From: Thermoplasmata archaeon
Lineage (GTDB): Archaea > Thermoplasmatota > Thermoplasmata > Lutacidiplasmatales > UBA184
Assembly: GCA_030041175.1 (NCBI GenBank)
Contig: JASHOK010000052.1
Coordinates: 1-60,892, forward strand
Reading direction: 5' to 3'
Length of the DNA stretch: 60,892 nucleotides
Position numbers and translations under genes: made by a program. The notes under the pieces are model-generated. The model was not told where the DNA came from. It did no database searches and was given only the letters and a program-made list of their open reading frames with translations. This document shows positions 1 to 9,251 of this stretch, in pieces. Position 1 is the first letter of the stretch; every line of letters begins with the position of its first letter.

Positions 1-174
1 GCCGCGGTCATCGGTTCCCTCGTCTTCGGGATGATCATCACCCCGGACAACTCCGGCATCACGATGATGCTCATCGCGACGCCGATGATCGCCCTCTATT
101 TCGCCGGGTCCTGGTTCGCGAACCGCTGGGAACGGGCCTCGGACCCCGTGCGCCGACGTGCGGTGGAGGCCTAG
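1..174 (+). CDS. tatC: Sec-independent translocase TatC, C-terminal fragment (5' end outside window)
   Basis: Frame 1 from the window edge reads AAVIGSLVFGMIITPDNSGITMMLIATPMIALYFAGSWFANRWERASDP... and stops at TAG 172-174. The hydrophobic terminal helices with a TPD-type motif resemble the TatC C-terminus. A TatA-like gene follows 6 nt later. Confidence 0.55.
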   Translation, partial: AAVIGSLVFGMIITPDNSGITMMLIATPMIALYFAGSWFANRWERASDPVRRRAVEA

Positions 175-180
175 GATCCG

Positions 181-567
181 ATGGCGCTCCTCTCCGACGT
201 GGACTGGATGATCATCCTGGTCGTGGGCGGACTGCTCCTCTTCGGCAAAGGCGACCCCGAGATGCTACGGACCCTCGGACGGTGGTACGGCCGGGCGCTC
301 CACCTCAAGCAGGAGCTGCTCAGCGAGGTCACCCGGGCGGCCGACCTGCCGACCCCGTCGCCCGACCGACCGGCCTCGATCCGGAGCGCTCTCTTTGGCT
401 GGGAGACCGAAGAAGCCGCACGGGCCCGGGTGCCGATCGCTGTGGCGCCACCTCCGAGCTGGGTTCACAGTCCGTCCCCCGCGATGACCTGGGTCAACAG
501 CGTCGGCCCGCAGCAGTGGTCGGTGGCGACCGCCCGGTTCCCGGAGGGTGACGGAGTTCGGAGGTAA
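181..567 (+). CDS. tatA: TatA/TatB-like twin-arginine translocase component
   Basis: N-terminus MALLSDVDWMIILVVGGLLLFGKGDPEMLRTLGRWYGRALHLKQEL has the TatA/E architecture: TM helix, FGK hinge, amphipathic helix. It lies directly downstream of the tatC fragment. Confidence 0.6.
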   Translation: MALLSDVDWMIILVVGGLLLFGKGDPEMLRTLGRWYGRALHLKQELLSEVTRAADLPTPSPDRPASIRSALFGWETEEAARARVPIAVAPPPSWVHSPSPAMTWVNSVGPQQWSVATARFPEGDGVRR

Positions 568-569
568 CC

Positions 570-749
570 ATGCTATCGATCAACGACGAACTCACGATGG
601 TCGAGATCCTGGCGGTCCTTGTCGGGATCGCCATCACGTGGGCGATCTATTTCGGCAGCGACAAGGCCGAGCTCCCCGGCGAGGCCACCGAGCCCGACCC
701 GGCGATCCCCGACGAGACCTTCAAGGTCGAGGGGAGGACTCTCGAATGA
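570..749 (+). CDS. small single-TM membrane protein (59 aa, below ORF-track cutoff)
   Basis: ATG 570 to TGA 747-749 with GC3-rich codons. Sequence is MLSINDELTMVEILAVLVGIAITWAIYFGSDKAELPGEATEPDPAIPDETFKVEGRTLE. ATGA overlap with the Rieske ATG at 746. The competing frame from 548 is Arg-rich junk. Confidence 0.4.
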   Translation: MLSINDELTMVEILAVLVGIAITWAIYFGSDKAELPGEATEPDPAIPDETFKVEGRTLE

Positions 750-1582
750 ACGGCGAGTGCCCCCCGTCCTGTCCATTCCTGGTGCCCTCGATCCCGGCGC
801 TCGACCTTCCGGTCGGACAGCTCCACCGGTTAGCGCCGGTGGCCTCGCCCGGCAAGACCGATTCCGGTGAGGTCGACGAGACCAAGCGGAACGTGATCAA
901 GCTCCTCGCAATCGCCGGGGTGGTCGGCGCGGCCGGGGGAGGGCTCGTCGGAGGCACGCTGCAGTACGCCCAGCCGCCGCTGGTCGGCGCGAAGTCGTAC
1001 CCCACCGTGCAGCTGATCGACGTCGACGGCGCGCCGCTCACCGCCACCAAGGTCAATCAGGAGTACAACGTCACTACGAGCTCGCTCCTTCTCTTCTATT
1101 ACCCGCTCACGAACGAGCCCAACTTTTTCCTCAACCTCGCGCCGGCGACCACCGGCGGTCCGGGCGCGACCAATGTCCCCGGCGGTGTCGGCCCGACCGG
1201 GTCGATCGTCGCCTACAGCGCCATCTGCCAGCACCTGGGTTGCCCCGCGCCGGCGATCTCGTACTATCCGCCGGGCACCTGTTCGAAGACGTTCGGTACC
1301 AAGAATTTCTACATTCACTGCAGCTGCCACGGCTCCACCTACGACGTGACCGACAAGGCCCACAACCTGACCGGGCCGGCGATCTACCCACTCCCCCAGG
1401 TCACTCTCCTCTGGAAGGACCCCGCCGACGGGGGCGACGACTCGCTCTGGGCCATCGGAGAAACCGGCCCGGAGCCGGTCAACGGCCACTTCACGACGCT
1501 CGCCGGCGGCTACCAGGTGCCGACCACGGTCCAGCTGTTCAAGGAATCGCCGATCATCCTCTGCCAGTTCCCGAGTGTGTGA
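746..1582 (+). CDS. Rieske [2Fe-2S] iron-sulfur protein
   Basis: Rieske boxes CQHLGC and CSCHGS are about 35 aa apart. N-terminal KRNVIKLLAIAGVVGAAGGG is a Tat-like signal/anchor. Start moved to ATG 746, inside ORF 548..1582. Confidence 0.85.
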   Translation: MNGECPPSCPFLVPSIPALDLPVGQLHRLAPVASPGKTDSGEVDETKRNVIKLLAIAGVVGAAGGGLVGGTLQYAQPPLVGAKSYPTVQLIDVDGAPLTATKVNQEYNVTTSSLLLFYYPLTNEPNFFLNLAPATTGGPGATNVPGGVGPTGSIVAYSAICQHLGCPAPAISYYPPGTCSKTFGTKNFYIHCSCHGSTYDVTDKAHNLTGPAIYPLPQVTLLWKDPADGGDDSLWAIGETGPEPVNGHFTTLAGGYQVPTTVQLFKESPIILCQFPSV

Positions 1583-1598
1583 GAAGGAGGACGGCGTC

Positions 1599-2966
1599 GT
1601 GGGGTTCGAGCACTGGTTCAACCGGACCCTGAATCGGGTCTGGGGCTTCATCGAGGAGCGGGCCGGCATCCCCAAGTGGGCGCTGCGGCCGCAGCCCGCC
1701 TTCACGTTCAAGCCCTCCTACTGGACCGGTGCCTTCGTCGCGAACGCCTTTCTGATGCAGGTCGTCACCGGCCTGCTGCTGCTCCTCTACTATCAGCCGA
1801 GCGTCAACCCGACGCTCACGAGCTGCGGCCAGACGCTCGGTACCTACTCCACCGCCCCGGCGGCCTGGTGCAGCACGTACTATCTGATCCACTCCGTGCC
1901 GATGGGCAATCTGCTGCTCTCGACGCATCTGTACGGCGCTTACGCGATGCTCTTCCTCGCGTTCATCCACTTCTTCCGGGGCTACTACCTCGGCGCGTAC
2001 AAGAAGCCTCGAGAATTCTCCTGGATGGCCGGCACCCTGCTCCTGCTGCTGACGCTCGGCATGGGCTTCACCGGCTACGTCCTGCCCTATACCCAGATCT
2101 CGCTCAACGCCACGAACGTCGGGATCGTGCTGGCCCTGCGGCTTCCGACGCTCGGCGCGCTGACCGCCCCCTTCCTGATCGCGGACGGAACTCCCCAGGG
2201 GCTCCTGTCGCGCATGTTCGCGCTGCACGTCCTCGTGATCCCGCTCGCGCTCGGTGCGCTGCTGTACGCCCACATCGCGCTGTTCGAGTCCCATGGCATC
2301 GCACCGCCCGCCACCTCCGATCCGACGCAGCGAAATCGGTACGTGCATTCCGAAGAGAAGTCCCAGGTCCCCTTCTGGCCGCACATCTTCTTCTACATCA
2401 CCAAGTGGGCGTTGCTCTACGTCGGACTCCTGCTGGGGATCGCGGCGCTCTGGCCGTGGCAGCTTCCGACCTACGTCGGGAACACCGCGGTGGCCCCGAC
2501 CGTGACCGAGCCCGACTGGTACTTCCTCTGGCTGTTCAAAGTGGTGGACTTCTACGGCGTCACGCCGGTCATCGCGGTCGCCATCACCGTCGTGCTGATG
2601 CTCTACATTCTGCTCCTGCCATTCCTCGATCGCTCCCCCCGCCGGCATCCGCGCGACCGCCCGATCATCGTGATGATCGGCAATTCGCTGCTGGGATTCT
2701 TCATCGTACTCACCGTGTGGGGCGGCCTCACACCCGGCGTCCAGATCCTGCCGCTCGGAGTCGCTGAACGACTCGGGCCGATCGTCGCCATCAACGTCCT
2801 GGTCGTGGGACTGTTCTACCTGCGGTACCGGAAGAGCTACCGCGCTCGGCTGGTTGCCCGGGGCTCGGAGTATCGTCTGCCGGGCGCCTACCCGGTCGTC
2901 GGGCGGAGCAGCCCGGCGGTCGGTGCCGCCACTCCCCGGGCCAAGGAGGTGAGCTCCGTTGACTGA
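1599..2966 (+). CDS. cytochrome b (bc-complex type, N- and C-terminal domains fused)
   Basis: Motifs FVANAFLMQVVTGLLLLLYYQP, HLYGAYAMLFLAFIHFFRGYY (heme-ligand His) and EPDWYFLWLFK. GTG 1599 follows GGAGG at 1586-1590; the alternative start is 1575. Confidence 0.85.
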   Translation: MGFEHWFNRTLNRVWGFIEERAGIPKWALRPQPAFTFKPSYWTGAFVANAFLMQVVTGLLLLLYYQPSVNPTLTSCGQTLGTYSTAPAAWCSTYYLIHSVPMGNLLLSTHLYGAYAMLFLAFIHFFRGYYLGAYKKPREFSWMAGTLLLLLTLGMGFTGYVLPYTQISLNATNVGIVLALRLPTLGALTAPFLIADGTPQGLLSRMFALHVLVIPLALGALLYAHIALFESHGIAPPATSDPTQRNRYVHSEEKSQVPFWPHIFFYITKWALLYVGLLLGIAALWPWQLPTYVGNTAVAPTVTEPDWYFLWLFKVVDFYGVTPVIAVAITVVLMLYILLLPFLDRSPRRHPRDRPIIVMIGNSLLGFFIVLTVWGGLTPGVQILPLGVAERLGPIVAINVLVVGLFYLRYRKSYRARLVARGSEYRLPGAYPVVGRSSPAVGAATPRAKEVSSVD

Positions 2967-3228
2967 GCCGGCGGCGCCGCCGCGGTACCGGACCGGCGTG
3001 CTCTGGGCCGTCCTGCTCGGCTTCATGCTGGCCGGGACGATCGCGGCCATCTACGTCGTCTGGGGCGTGTCCGAAGTGGTGGCCGGTGGCACGCCCCTGG
3101 TCTACGTGCCGATCGCGCTCGCCGGTGTCGTCGTAACGGTGCTCTGCGTCCTGTTCATCCTCGGAATTCTCTACCGGGTCGACCGGCTCCGGGGCGTCGC
3201 GCATCGGGAGGTGGCGCTCTTTGAGTAG
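2959..3228 (+). CDS. small 2-TM membrane protein in the respiratory cluster
   Basis: 89-aa ORF with two hydrophobic helices (VLWAVLLGFMLAGTIAAIYVVWG and VPIALAGVVVTVLCVLFILGILY). It overlaps the cyt b stop by 8 nt. No recognisable family. Confidence 0.45.
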   Translation: MTEPAAPPRYRTGVLWAVLLGFMLAGTIAAIYVVWGVSEVVAGGTPLVYVPIALAGVVVTVLCVLFILGILYRVDRLRGVAHREVALFE

Positions 3229-3598
3229 CCCGACCGTACTGCCGGCGGACTTCGTCCGCCGGGCCCAGGACCGCGTGCTGAACCTGTACGCGGCGACGAT
3301 CCTCCTGATGCTCGTCACGATCGCGATTCTCGTCGTCTACTGCCTCCGGCTGGGGCCGCTCATCGGCGTCGGCGTGGAGCGGTCCTTCGGCATCGCCGCC
3401 GGACTCCTCTTCCTCTGCGCAGCCCTGATCGCGCACGTCGTCGACCGGACCTACCGGGTCTGGCCGGAAGGCCGCTCCTTCCGGCCGTCCTTCCCGGGGT
3501 TCTTCACCGAACGCGGCTACGCGAACGCCGCGAAGATCCTCGTCCTCGTGGCCGCCGCCATCGCGATTGGCTACATCATCGCGACCCTGCTGACATGA
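3221..3598 (+). CDS. 3-TM membrane protein in the respiratory cluster
   Basis: 125-aa ORF with three hydrophobic segments. It overlaps the previous stop and sits just upstream of oxidase subunit I. No CuA motif, so it is not subunit II. Confidence 0.5.
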   Translation: MSSPTVLPADFVRRAQDRVLNLYAATILLMLVTIAILVVYCLRLGPLIGVGVERSFGIAAGLLFLCAALIAHVVDRTYRVWPEGRSFRPSFPGFFTERGYANAAKILVLVAAAIAIGYIIATLLT

Positions 3599-3622
3599 GG
3601 CGCTGAGGAGGAGTCGGACACC

Positions 3623-5305
3623 GTGTCGAATCTCTGGATCCCTGCTGTCGAGATCGGACTGATCGCCGCTCTGGCCGGCTTCCTGCTGTGGGTGTTCTCC
3701 TACCACGGCGACTGGGCCGTCCGGAAGATGAAGCTCTACCTGCTGACCACCGACCACCGGCGGATCGGCTGGATGTACATCACCGTCGGTTTCATCTTCT
3801 TCTTCATCGGCGGCATCTATGCGACGCTGATCCGGACGGATCTCGGCTTCGTCCAAGGCCTCGGTCTCGACCCCGAAACGACGCTCGGGATCACGCCGGA
3901 CGTCTACTCCACGCTGTTCACGATGCACGGCGTGCTGATGATCTTCATGTTCGTCATGCCGGTCCTCGCCGGCTTCGGGAACTTCCTGGTTCCCTCGATG
4001 ATCGGCGCTCGGGAGATGGCACTCCCGCGCATCAACGCGATCGCGTTCTGGATGATCATCCCGGCCGGTATCATCCTGATCTTCTCGAACGCCTACGCCG
4101 GATGGACGGGCTACGTTCCGCTTTCGCTCCAGCCGAACCCCAGCAACCCGGACGGCATCGACCTGTGGATCCTGGGGCTCCACATCCTCTCGGCCTCGTC
4201 GATGCTCGGTGCGATCAACTTCCTCGTCACGATCATCAAGCACCGGGCGCCGGGCGTCGAGTACTGGAACATGCCGTTGTTCGTCTGGAGCATTTTCATC
4301 AACTCCATCCTGCTGCTCTTCGCCGTCCCATCCCTCTCGATCGCCCTGACCTTCGTGCTGTCGGACCGGCTCTTCGGCACGCACATCCTGGCGGCGGTCA
4401 ACGGGACGCCACTCGGCGGCGCGTTACTGTATCAGAATATGTTCTGGTTCTTCGCGCATCCGGAGGTGTACATTCTCGTCTTACCGGCGTTTGGTTTAGT
4501 GTCCACGATCATCCCGAAGCTGGCGCGGAAGGACATCTACGGCTACGCCGCGATGGCGGTCGCCCTCGGCGTCTTCGCCGTCCTCTCGTTCGCCGTCTGG
4601 GAGCACCACATGTTCGTGACCGGCATTGACACGAACATCCGGTTCGTCTTCATGCTCTCGACGATGGCGATCGCCGTTCCGTCGGCGGTAAAGACGTTCA
4701 ACTGGGTCGCTACGCTCTGGGGCGGCCGGATCTGGATGGCCACGCCGATGTGGTTCTGCCTCGCCTTCCTCACGGGCTTCGTGATCGGTGGACTGTCGGG
4801 CGTCTTCCTGGCGTCGATCCCGATCGACTATCTCTATCACGCGACCTACTTCGTCGTCGCGCACTTCCACTACGTCATTCTCGGGGGAACGCTGATGGCG
4901 GTCTTCGCGGCCATCTACTTCTACTACCCGGTGCTCACCGGTCGCTGGTACAATCAGTCGCTGGCACACATCCACTTCCTGCTGAGCTACGTCGGCGTGA
5001 ACCTGCTGCTGTTCCCGATGTTCATCCTGGGCGCCGAGGGGATGCCCCGCCGGGTCTACACCTACCTCCCGATCCCGTCGTTCCAGTTCCTGAACTTCCT
5101 CTCGTCGGTCGGCGCCGCGATCTTCGGCATCGCGCAGCTGTTCTTCGTGTTCAACATGGTGTACAGCAACTTCACCGGCATGCCGGCCGCCGCCGACCCC
5201 TGGGGAGAGCCGCTGCCCTCGACCTTCGCCGGCCCGGCGCGTCCGACCCCCGCTCCGCTTCCGTCGGGACCGGTCCCCACCGTCACGCCGGAGGGCGGGT
5301 CATGA
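3623..5305 (+). CDS. ctaD: heme-copper (cytochrome) oxidase subunit I
   Basis: Motifs [55 protein letters not shown] and [17 protein letters not shown] start is preceded by GGAGGAG. Confidence 0.93.
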   Translation: MSNLWIPAVEIGLIAALAGFLLWVFSYHGDWAVRKMKLYLLTTDHRRIGWMYITVGFIFFFIGGIYATLIRTDLGFVQGLGLDPETTLGITPDVYSTLFTMHGVLMIFMFVMPVLAGFGNFLVPSMIGAREMALPRINAIAFWMIIPAGIILIFSNAYAGWTGYVPLSLQPNPSNPDGIDLWILGLHILSASSMLGAINFLVTIIKHRAPGVEYWNMPLFVWSIFINSILLLFAVPSLSIALTFVLSDRLFGTHILAAVNGTPLGGALLYQNMFWFFAHPEVYILVLPAFGLVSTIIPKLARKDIYGYAAMAVALGVFAVLSFAVWEHHMFVTGIDTNIRFVFMLSTMAIAVPSAVKTFNWVATLWGGRIWMATPMWFCLAFLTGFVIGGLSGVFLASIPIDYLYHATYFVVAHFHYVILGGTLMAVFAAIYFYYPVLTGRWYNQSLAHIHFLLSYVGVNLLLFPMFILGAEGMPRRVYTYLPIPSFQFLNFLSSVGAAIFGIAQLFFVFNMVYSNFTGMPAAADPWGEPLPSTFAGPARPTPAPLPSGPVPTVTPEGGS

Positions 5306-5895
5306 GCGCTGCGGGTCGCGACATCTTTCGCTGGAGTGCCGTCGCGTCGTTCTTCGCCTGCTACGCCACGATGATGCTCGGCGGAGAGGTCCTGGCGAGC
5401 GGCTCGGGACTGGGATGCGCGACCTGGCCGAGCTGCAACGGCTCCTTCACGCCGCCGTTCGTCGGCGCAGCGGCCATCGAGTGGTCGCATCGGCTCGGCG
5501 CCTTCACGCTCTCCGTCTTCGTGACGATCCTGTTCGTCTCGGCGCTGCTGTTCGAGCGCCGGCGACCGACGATGATCCGCCTGGCCTCGCTGGCCTTCAG
5601 CTCCGTCCTGCTGGAGGCGTTGCTCGGCGGAGTGGTCGTCGAGAGCCGGCTCACGGTCTGGCTGGTCGTGCTCCACTTCGCGGTGGCCACGGCCCTCCTC
5701 GGCTTCCTGGGCCTGATCGTGCTGCTCGGGAACATGCCGCACCTGCCGAAGCGCTGGATCGACTGGGCCCGGCGGGCCGCGACCGACATGCCGCCGGCCC
5801 CGCCGCGGCCGGCGCCGGCGGACCCGCTTCCGGGTCGTCCCGTGCCGGGGGAGCCTCCGTGGGGGCAGCCGTCCGGTCCCCGCTCGGCGGGCTGA
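5302..5895 (+). CDS. ctaA: heme A synthase, short four-helix type
   Basis: ATGA overlap with the subunit I stop. Motifs [12 protein letters not shown] (Cys pair), EWSHRLGAF and [13 protein letters not shown] give about 4 TM helices, followed by a Pro-rich tail. Start lies inside ORF 4750..5895. Confidence 0.7.
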   Translation: MSAAGRDIFRWSAVASFFACYATMMLGGEVLASGSGLGCATWPSCNGSFTPPFVGAAAIEWSHRLGAFTLSVFVTILFVSALLFERRRPTMIRLASLAFSSVLLEALLGGVVVESRLTVWLVVLHFAVATALLGFLGLIVLLGNMPHLPKRWIDWARRAATDMPPAPPRPAPADPLPGRPVPGEPPWGQPSGPRSAG

Positions 5896-5929
5896 GGGAG
5901 GAGTGCGCCGGTCCGTCGGTGCGGTCGTC

Positions 5930-6850
5930 ATGAACGCGGCTTCGGTGGCGGCTCCGCCGCGCGTGGCGGGGTGGAGGGACTACGTGGCCCTCACCAAGCC
6001 GTGGATCACGCTCCTGATCGTGGCGGTAGCCGTCGCCGGCTACTTCGTCGCCCTCCCCGGTCACCTCGACGTGACGAGACTGCTTCTGCTCGTAGCGGCG
6101 GGAGGCGCGGCGTCGTCGGGTGCGGCGGCCCTGAACCACTACTTCGACCGGGACATTGACGCGCAGATGCGGAGAACCCGGGGTCGGCCCCTACCGACCG
6201 AACGGATCGCCCAGGGGAGCCGGGTGCTCGCGCTCGGGCTGGGACTCACGGTCCTGGGGATCGGAGCCGCTGCGATCACGCTGAACCTCCTCACCGCGTT
6301 CTCGATCCTCCTCGGGTCCGTGACCTACGTGCTCGTCTACACGGTGTGGCTGAAGCGGCGCACGGCCTGGAACATCGTGATCGGCGGTTTTGCGGGCAGT
6401 GCACCGGCGCTTGCCGGCAGTGCCGCGGCGGTCGGTCACTGGACGGACGGTGCACTGGCTCTGGCGCTGCTGGTCTTTCTCTGGACGCCGCCCCACTTCT
6501 GGAGCCTGGCGTTGATGCTTCGGGAGGACTACCGGGCGGCCGGTCTCCCGATGCTTCCGAGGATGGAGGACCCCGCGTATTCCGCCAAGGTCACGGTCCT
6601 CTCGTGCGCCCTGCTCGTTCCGGCGACGATCCTGCTCGCCTACGTCGGCCCGATCGCCCTCCCGGCGATCGTAGCGCTCGTGGCGGTGAGCCTCGTATTC
6701 CTGGCGTCCGAGCTGCCGATGTGGCATCGGTCGGACCGGAAGACCGCGCTCCGCGGGTTCGTCGTGTCGGGACCCTATCTCCTCGCCGTCATCGCCGTCG
6801 TGATCGTGAACTGGATGCTCGTCCGGGGAGTGCCGTTCGCCGGCGGCTAG
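5930..6850 (+). CDS. ctaB: protoheme IX farnesyltransferase (heme O synthase)
   Basis: UbiA-family motifs NHYFDRDIDAQMRRTRGRPLP and WTPPHFWSLAL. ATG 5930 is preferred; GTG 5903 is possible. Confidence 0.9.
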   Translation: MNAASVAAPPRVAGWRDYVALTKPWITLLIVAVAVAGYFVALPGHLDVTRLLLLVAAGGAASSGAAALNHYFDRDIDAQMRRTRGRPLPTERIAQGSRVLALGLGLTVLGIGAAAITLNLLTAFSILLGSVTYVLVYTVWLKRRTAWNIVIGGFAGSAPALAGSAAAVGHWTDGALALALLVFLWTPPHFWSLALMLREDYRAAGLPMLPRMEDPAYSAKVTVLSCALLVPATILLAYVGPIALPAIVALVAVSLVFLASELPMWHRSDRKTALRGFVVSGPYLLAVIAVVIVNWMLVRGVPFAGG

Positions 6851-7244
6851 GTCGACGCCTCGCGATCTCCGCGTCCACCTCGATTTCCACGAGCATCTCC
6901 GGACCCAGGAGCCGGGACACTTCGACCAGTGTCGCCACGGGTCGGACCGAACGGAAGAGCTCGCCGTGGACGCGGGCGTACTCTTCGAACCGGGAGACGT
7001 CCGTGACGTAGGCCCGCGTCCGCACCACGTCCGTCAGCCGGGCCCCGGCGGTTCCCAGCGCACGCTCGATGGTGGCGAAGGCCTGACGCGCCTGGGCCTC
7101 GAGGCTACCGGCCCCCACGAGCGTGCCGTCCGGTAGCGTCGCCGTCGTGCCCGCCACGTAGACCCGTCGACCGACACGGACCGCCCGGGAGTACCCGACG
7201 CGCTCCTCCCACGGCCCGCCGCTCGCCACCCGGTGTCGCTCCAT
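6789..7244 (-). CDS. ridA: RidA/YjgF/TdcF family reactive-intermediate deaminase
   Basis: MERHRVASGGPWEERVGYSRAVRVGRRVYVAGTTA...VTDVSRFEEYARVH...LVEIEVDA. Start trimmed to the Met at 7244. The Arg-rich C-terminal tail overlaps the ctaB 3' end. Confidence 0.85.
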   Translation of the reverse strand: MERHRVASGGPWEERVGYSRAVRVGRRVYVAGTTATLPDGTLVGAGSLEAQARQAFATIERALGTAGARLTDVVRTRAYVTDVSRFEEYARVHGELFRSVRPVATLVEVSRLLGPEMLVEIEVDAEIARRRPSRRRTALPGRASSSRSRRR

Positions 7245-7347
7245 CGCCGACCCCGTCCGTCCGGAACGTTCGAGGGGTATAGCGCCCGCTGCCGCGGCAC
7301 CCGGTGGGTGCGCGGACCTTAAGCCGCGCGCCGATTCTCTAGGGCCG

Positions 7348-8064
7348 ATGTCGCCAGCGATGGCTACGCCCGTGGGACCCTCGGACGAGGAGTTGGTCCG
7401 GGAAGCGGAGGTGGCGCTCCGGGACCTCGGCTTCCCCCGCGCCCGGTCCAGTGCGGCACCGGCCGGCGGCACCCCGGCCTTTTGGGTGGAAAGTCGGAGT
7501 GCACGCCGTCGGTCCATCCCCGTCTATGTCGGCAGGGTCGGCGGCCTCCTCCCGTCCATGATGCCGCCGGCGACGGCGACCCCGGATGCCGAGGCCGACC
7601 TCGCTCCGACGATCCTGGTGGTGCCGACCGACGCGGCGGCCGAGTCGGCCTGGAGCCTCGTGCCGCAGAATCGAGAGCTCCTCGCACCGGCGAAGATCCG
7701 GATCCTCGTGCTCCGGGACCCGGGTGGTACGTCCCGCGCCCCGCACTGGCACCTCGTGACCGTCCCGCCGACCGAGGTGTTGCGACTCGCCACTGGGATC
7801 GTCGTCGGGATGTACCGACGGGCATTCGCCGGTGAGGGTGCCGGCGATGTGGATTTCGCCGAACTGCTCGGCGTCCTCCGTGCGCAGTACCACGTGGATG
7901 TCCAGAAGTCCCTCGGTGTCCAGAGCGACGAGGACGCCCTCTTCGTGCTCTACCATCTGGCGCTGCGGGACAGCTTCGCACCGGGCAACATCGCGGGAAA
8001 TCTGCACTCGATCGTCGCGAACCCGACCGGTCCGGCGAGTCGGGTACCCTGGTTCGCCGGCTGA
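7348..8064 (+). CDS. hypothetical protein (238 aa)
   Basis: Only sensible frame in a region crowded with GC-artefact ORFs. Non-repetitive, balanced composition in the C-terminal half (DFAELLGVLRAQYHVDVQKSLGVQSDEDALFVLYHLALRD). No recognisable family. Confidence 0.5.
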   Translation: MSPAMATPVGPSDEELVREAEVALRDLGFPRARSSAAPAGGTPAFWVESRSARRRSIPVYVGRVGGLLPSMMPPATATPDAEADLAPTILVVPTDAAAESAWSLVPQNRELLAPAKIRILVLRDPGGTSRAPHWHLVTVPPTEVLRLATGIVVGMYRRAFAGEGAGDVDFAELLGVLRAQYHVDVQKSLGVQSDEDALFVLYHLALRDSFAPGNIAGNLHSIVANPTGPASRVPWFAG

Positions 8065-8112
8065 GCGGCGGTCTCGCCCGACCGGACGCATATCATAAGA
8101 ACCGGCGACCCC

Positions 8113-8331
8113 GTGGATGGCCGGAGGGAGGCTCCGCCCATGGCCCCGGACGACCCGTTCACGTGGCCGTACACGCCGACGCCCGGCGGATCCACACCGC
8201 CGCACACGACGAGCCGAAAGGAAGGGCGGTCGGAGGTCCGAGCGTTCTTCTGGCTCGCGCTCCTGAACACGATCATCATCGCGACCGTCGGCATCACCGT
8301 CTGGTTCCTGCTGCACTCGCCGTCGCGCTGA
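8113..8331 (+). CDS. small membrane protein (72 aa)
   Basis: Pro/Thr-rich N-terminus followed by one TM helix, FFWLALLNTIIIATVGITVWFLL. Confidence 0.35.
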   Translation: MDGRREAPPMAPDDPFTWPYTPTPGGSTPPHTTSRKEGRSEVRAFFWLALLNTIIIATVGITVWFLLHSPSR

Positions 8332-8395
8332 CGACCGTTCCGGCGTTCCAAACGGTTATCATCCCGGGGCAGGTCGCCGCCGTCCAGAGCTCCGC

Positions 8396-8470
8396 GGGGC
8401 CGTGGGGTAGCTTGGACCATCCTTCTAGCTTGGGGTGCTAGAGACTCCGATTCAAATTCGGACGGCCCCA
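8396..8470 (+). tRNA. tRNA-Pro (anticodon GGG), no encoded CCA
   Basis: Hand-folded cloverleaf. Acceptor GGGGCCG pairs with CGGCCCC. D arm has GG in the loop. Anticodon stem is CTAGC/GCTAG and the loop is TTGGGGT (U33, GGG at 8432-8434, G37). Variable loop is 4 nt. T arm is TCCGA-TTCAAAT-TCGGA. Discriminator is A. Confidence 0.85.
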
Positions 8471-8542
8471 TTCCCAGTGGTTCCCCCCGCTCCACCGACG
8501 GTATTTACTGCCGGAATCTGCTCCGCCCGGACGAGGCGTACG

Positions 8543-9190
8543 ATGAAGGTGGGCGTACTCGGAAGCGGAGACGTGGGAAAGCGGCTGGCCGCCGGCTTTG
8601 CCGGTCGAGGGCACGATGTGGTGGTCGGGACGCGCTCGCCGGGGAACGCGGAGCTCGGGAAGTGGGCCTCGGGCGTCCCACGGAAACTCCGGGTCGGCTC
8701 GTTCGCGGACGCCGCGCAGCACGGAGAGCTGCTCGTCCTCGCGGTCCACGGAGAGAATGCCCTCGCGGCCCTCGACGCGGCGGGCCGTGGACACTTTGCG
8801 AACAAGGTCGTGATCGACGTCATGAATCCGCTCACCTTTGCGAACGGGGTGGTCGGGCTCTTCGTCGGTACGACCGATTCCCTCAGCGAGCAGGTTCAGC
8901 AGGCGTTGCCCTCGGCGCGGGTCGTGAAGGCCTTCAACACCGTCGGTAGCCCCCAGATGGTCGACCCACATGCGAAGGGGCCGGCCCGGCTGGAGCTGCT
9001 CATCGCCGGCAATGATGCGGCCGCCAAGCAGCAGGTCACCGAGATCGTGAAGTCGTTCGGCTGGGCCGGTACCCTGGACGCCGGCGACCTCGCCGCGGCG
9101 CGGTGGCTGGAAGCGATGGTCCCGCTCTGGGTCCGGCTCGGAGGAACCCTGCACACCTGGGACCACATCTGGTCCGTGACCCGGGACTGA
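8543..9190 (+). CDS. NADP oxidoreductase, coenzyme F420-dependent family (NpdG/P5CR-like Rossmann protein)
   Basis: MKVGVLGSGDVGKRLAAGFAGRGHDVVVGTRSP Rossmann motif, then VLAVHGENALAALD...NKVVIDVMNPL. Start trimmed to ATG 8543 because the ORF-track start at 8435 lies inside the tRNA. Confidence 0.75.
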   Translation: MKVGVLGSGDVGKRLAAGFAGRGHDVVVGTRSPGNAELGKWASGVPRKLRVGSFADAAQHGELLVLAVHGENALAALDAAGRGHFANKVVIDVMNPLTFANGVVGLFVGTTDSLSEQVQQALPSARVVKAFNTVGSPQMVDPHAKGPARLELLIAGNDAAAKQQVTEIVKSFGWAGTLDAGDLAAARWLEAMVPLWVRLGGTLHTWDHIWSVTRD

Positions 9191-9251
9191 CGGGCCGGCC
9201 CGCAACGGCTAAACCCCATCGGCGAACCGCCCCCGACCGCAGGGAGCGCTC

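Noticed and set aside
1554-4384. Long minus-strand ORFs 1554..3050 (498 aa) and 3155..4384 (409 aa)
   Set aside because: They are antisense to cytochrome b and oxidase subunit I. Asp/Glu/Arg/His-rich translations mirror the hydrophobic GC3-rich sense genes.
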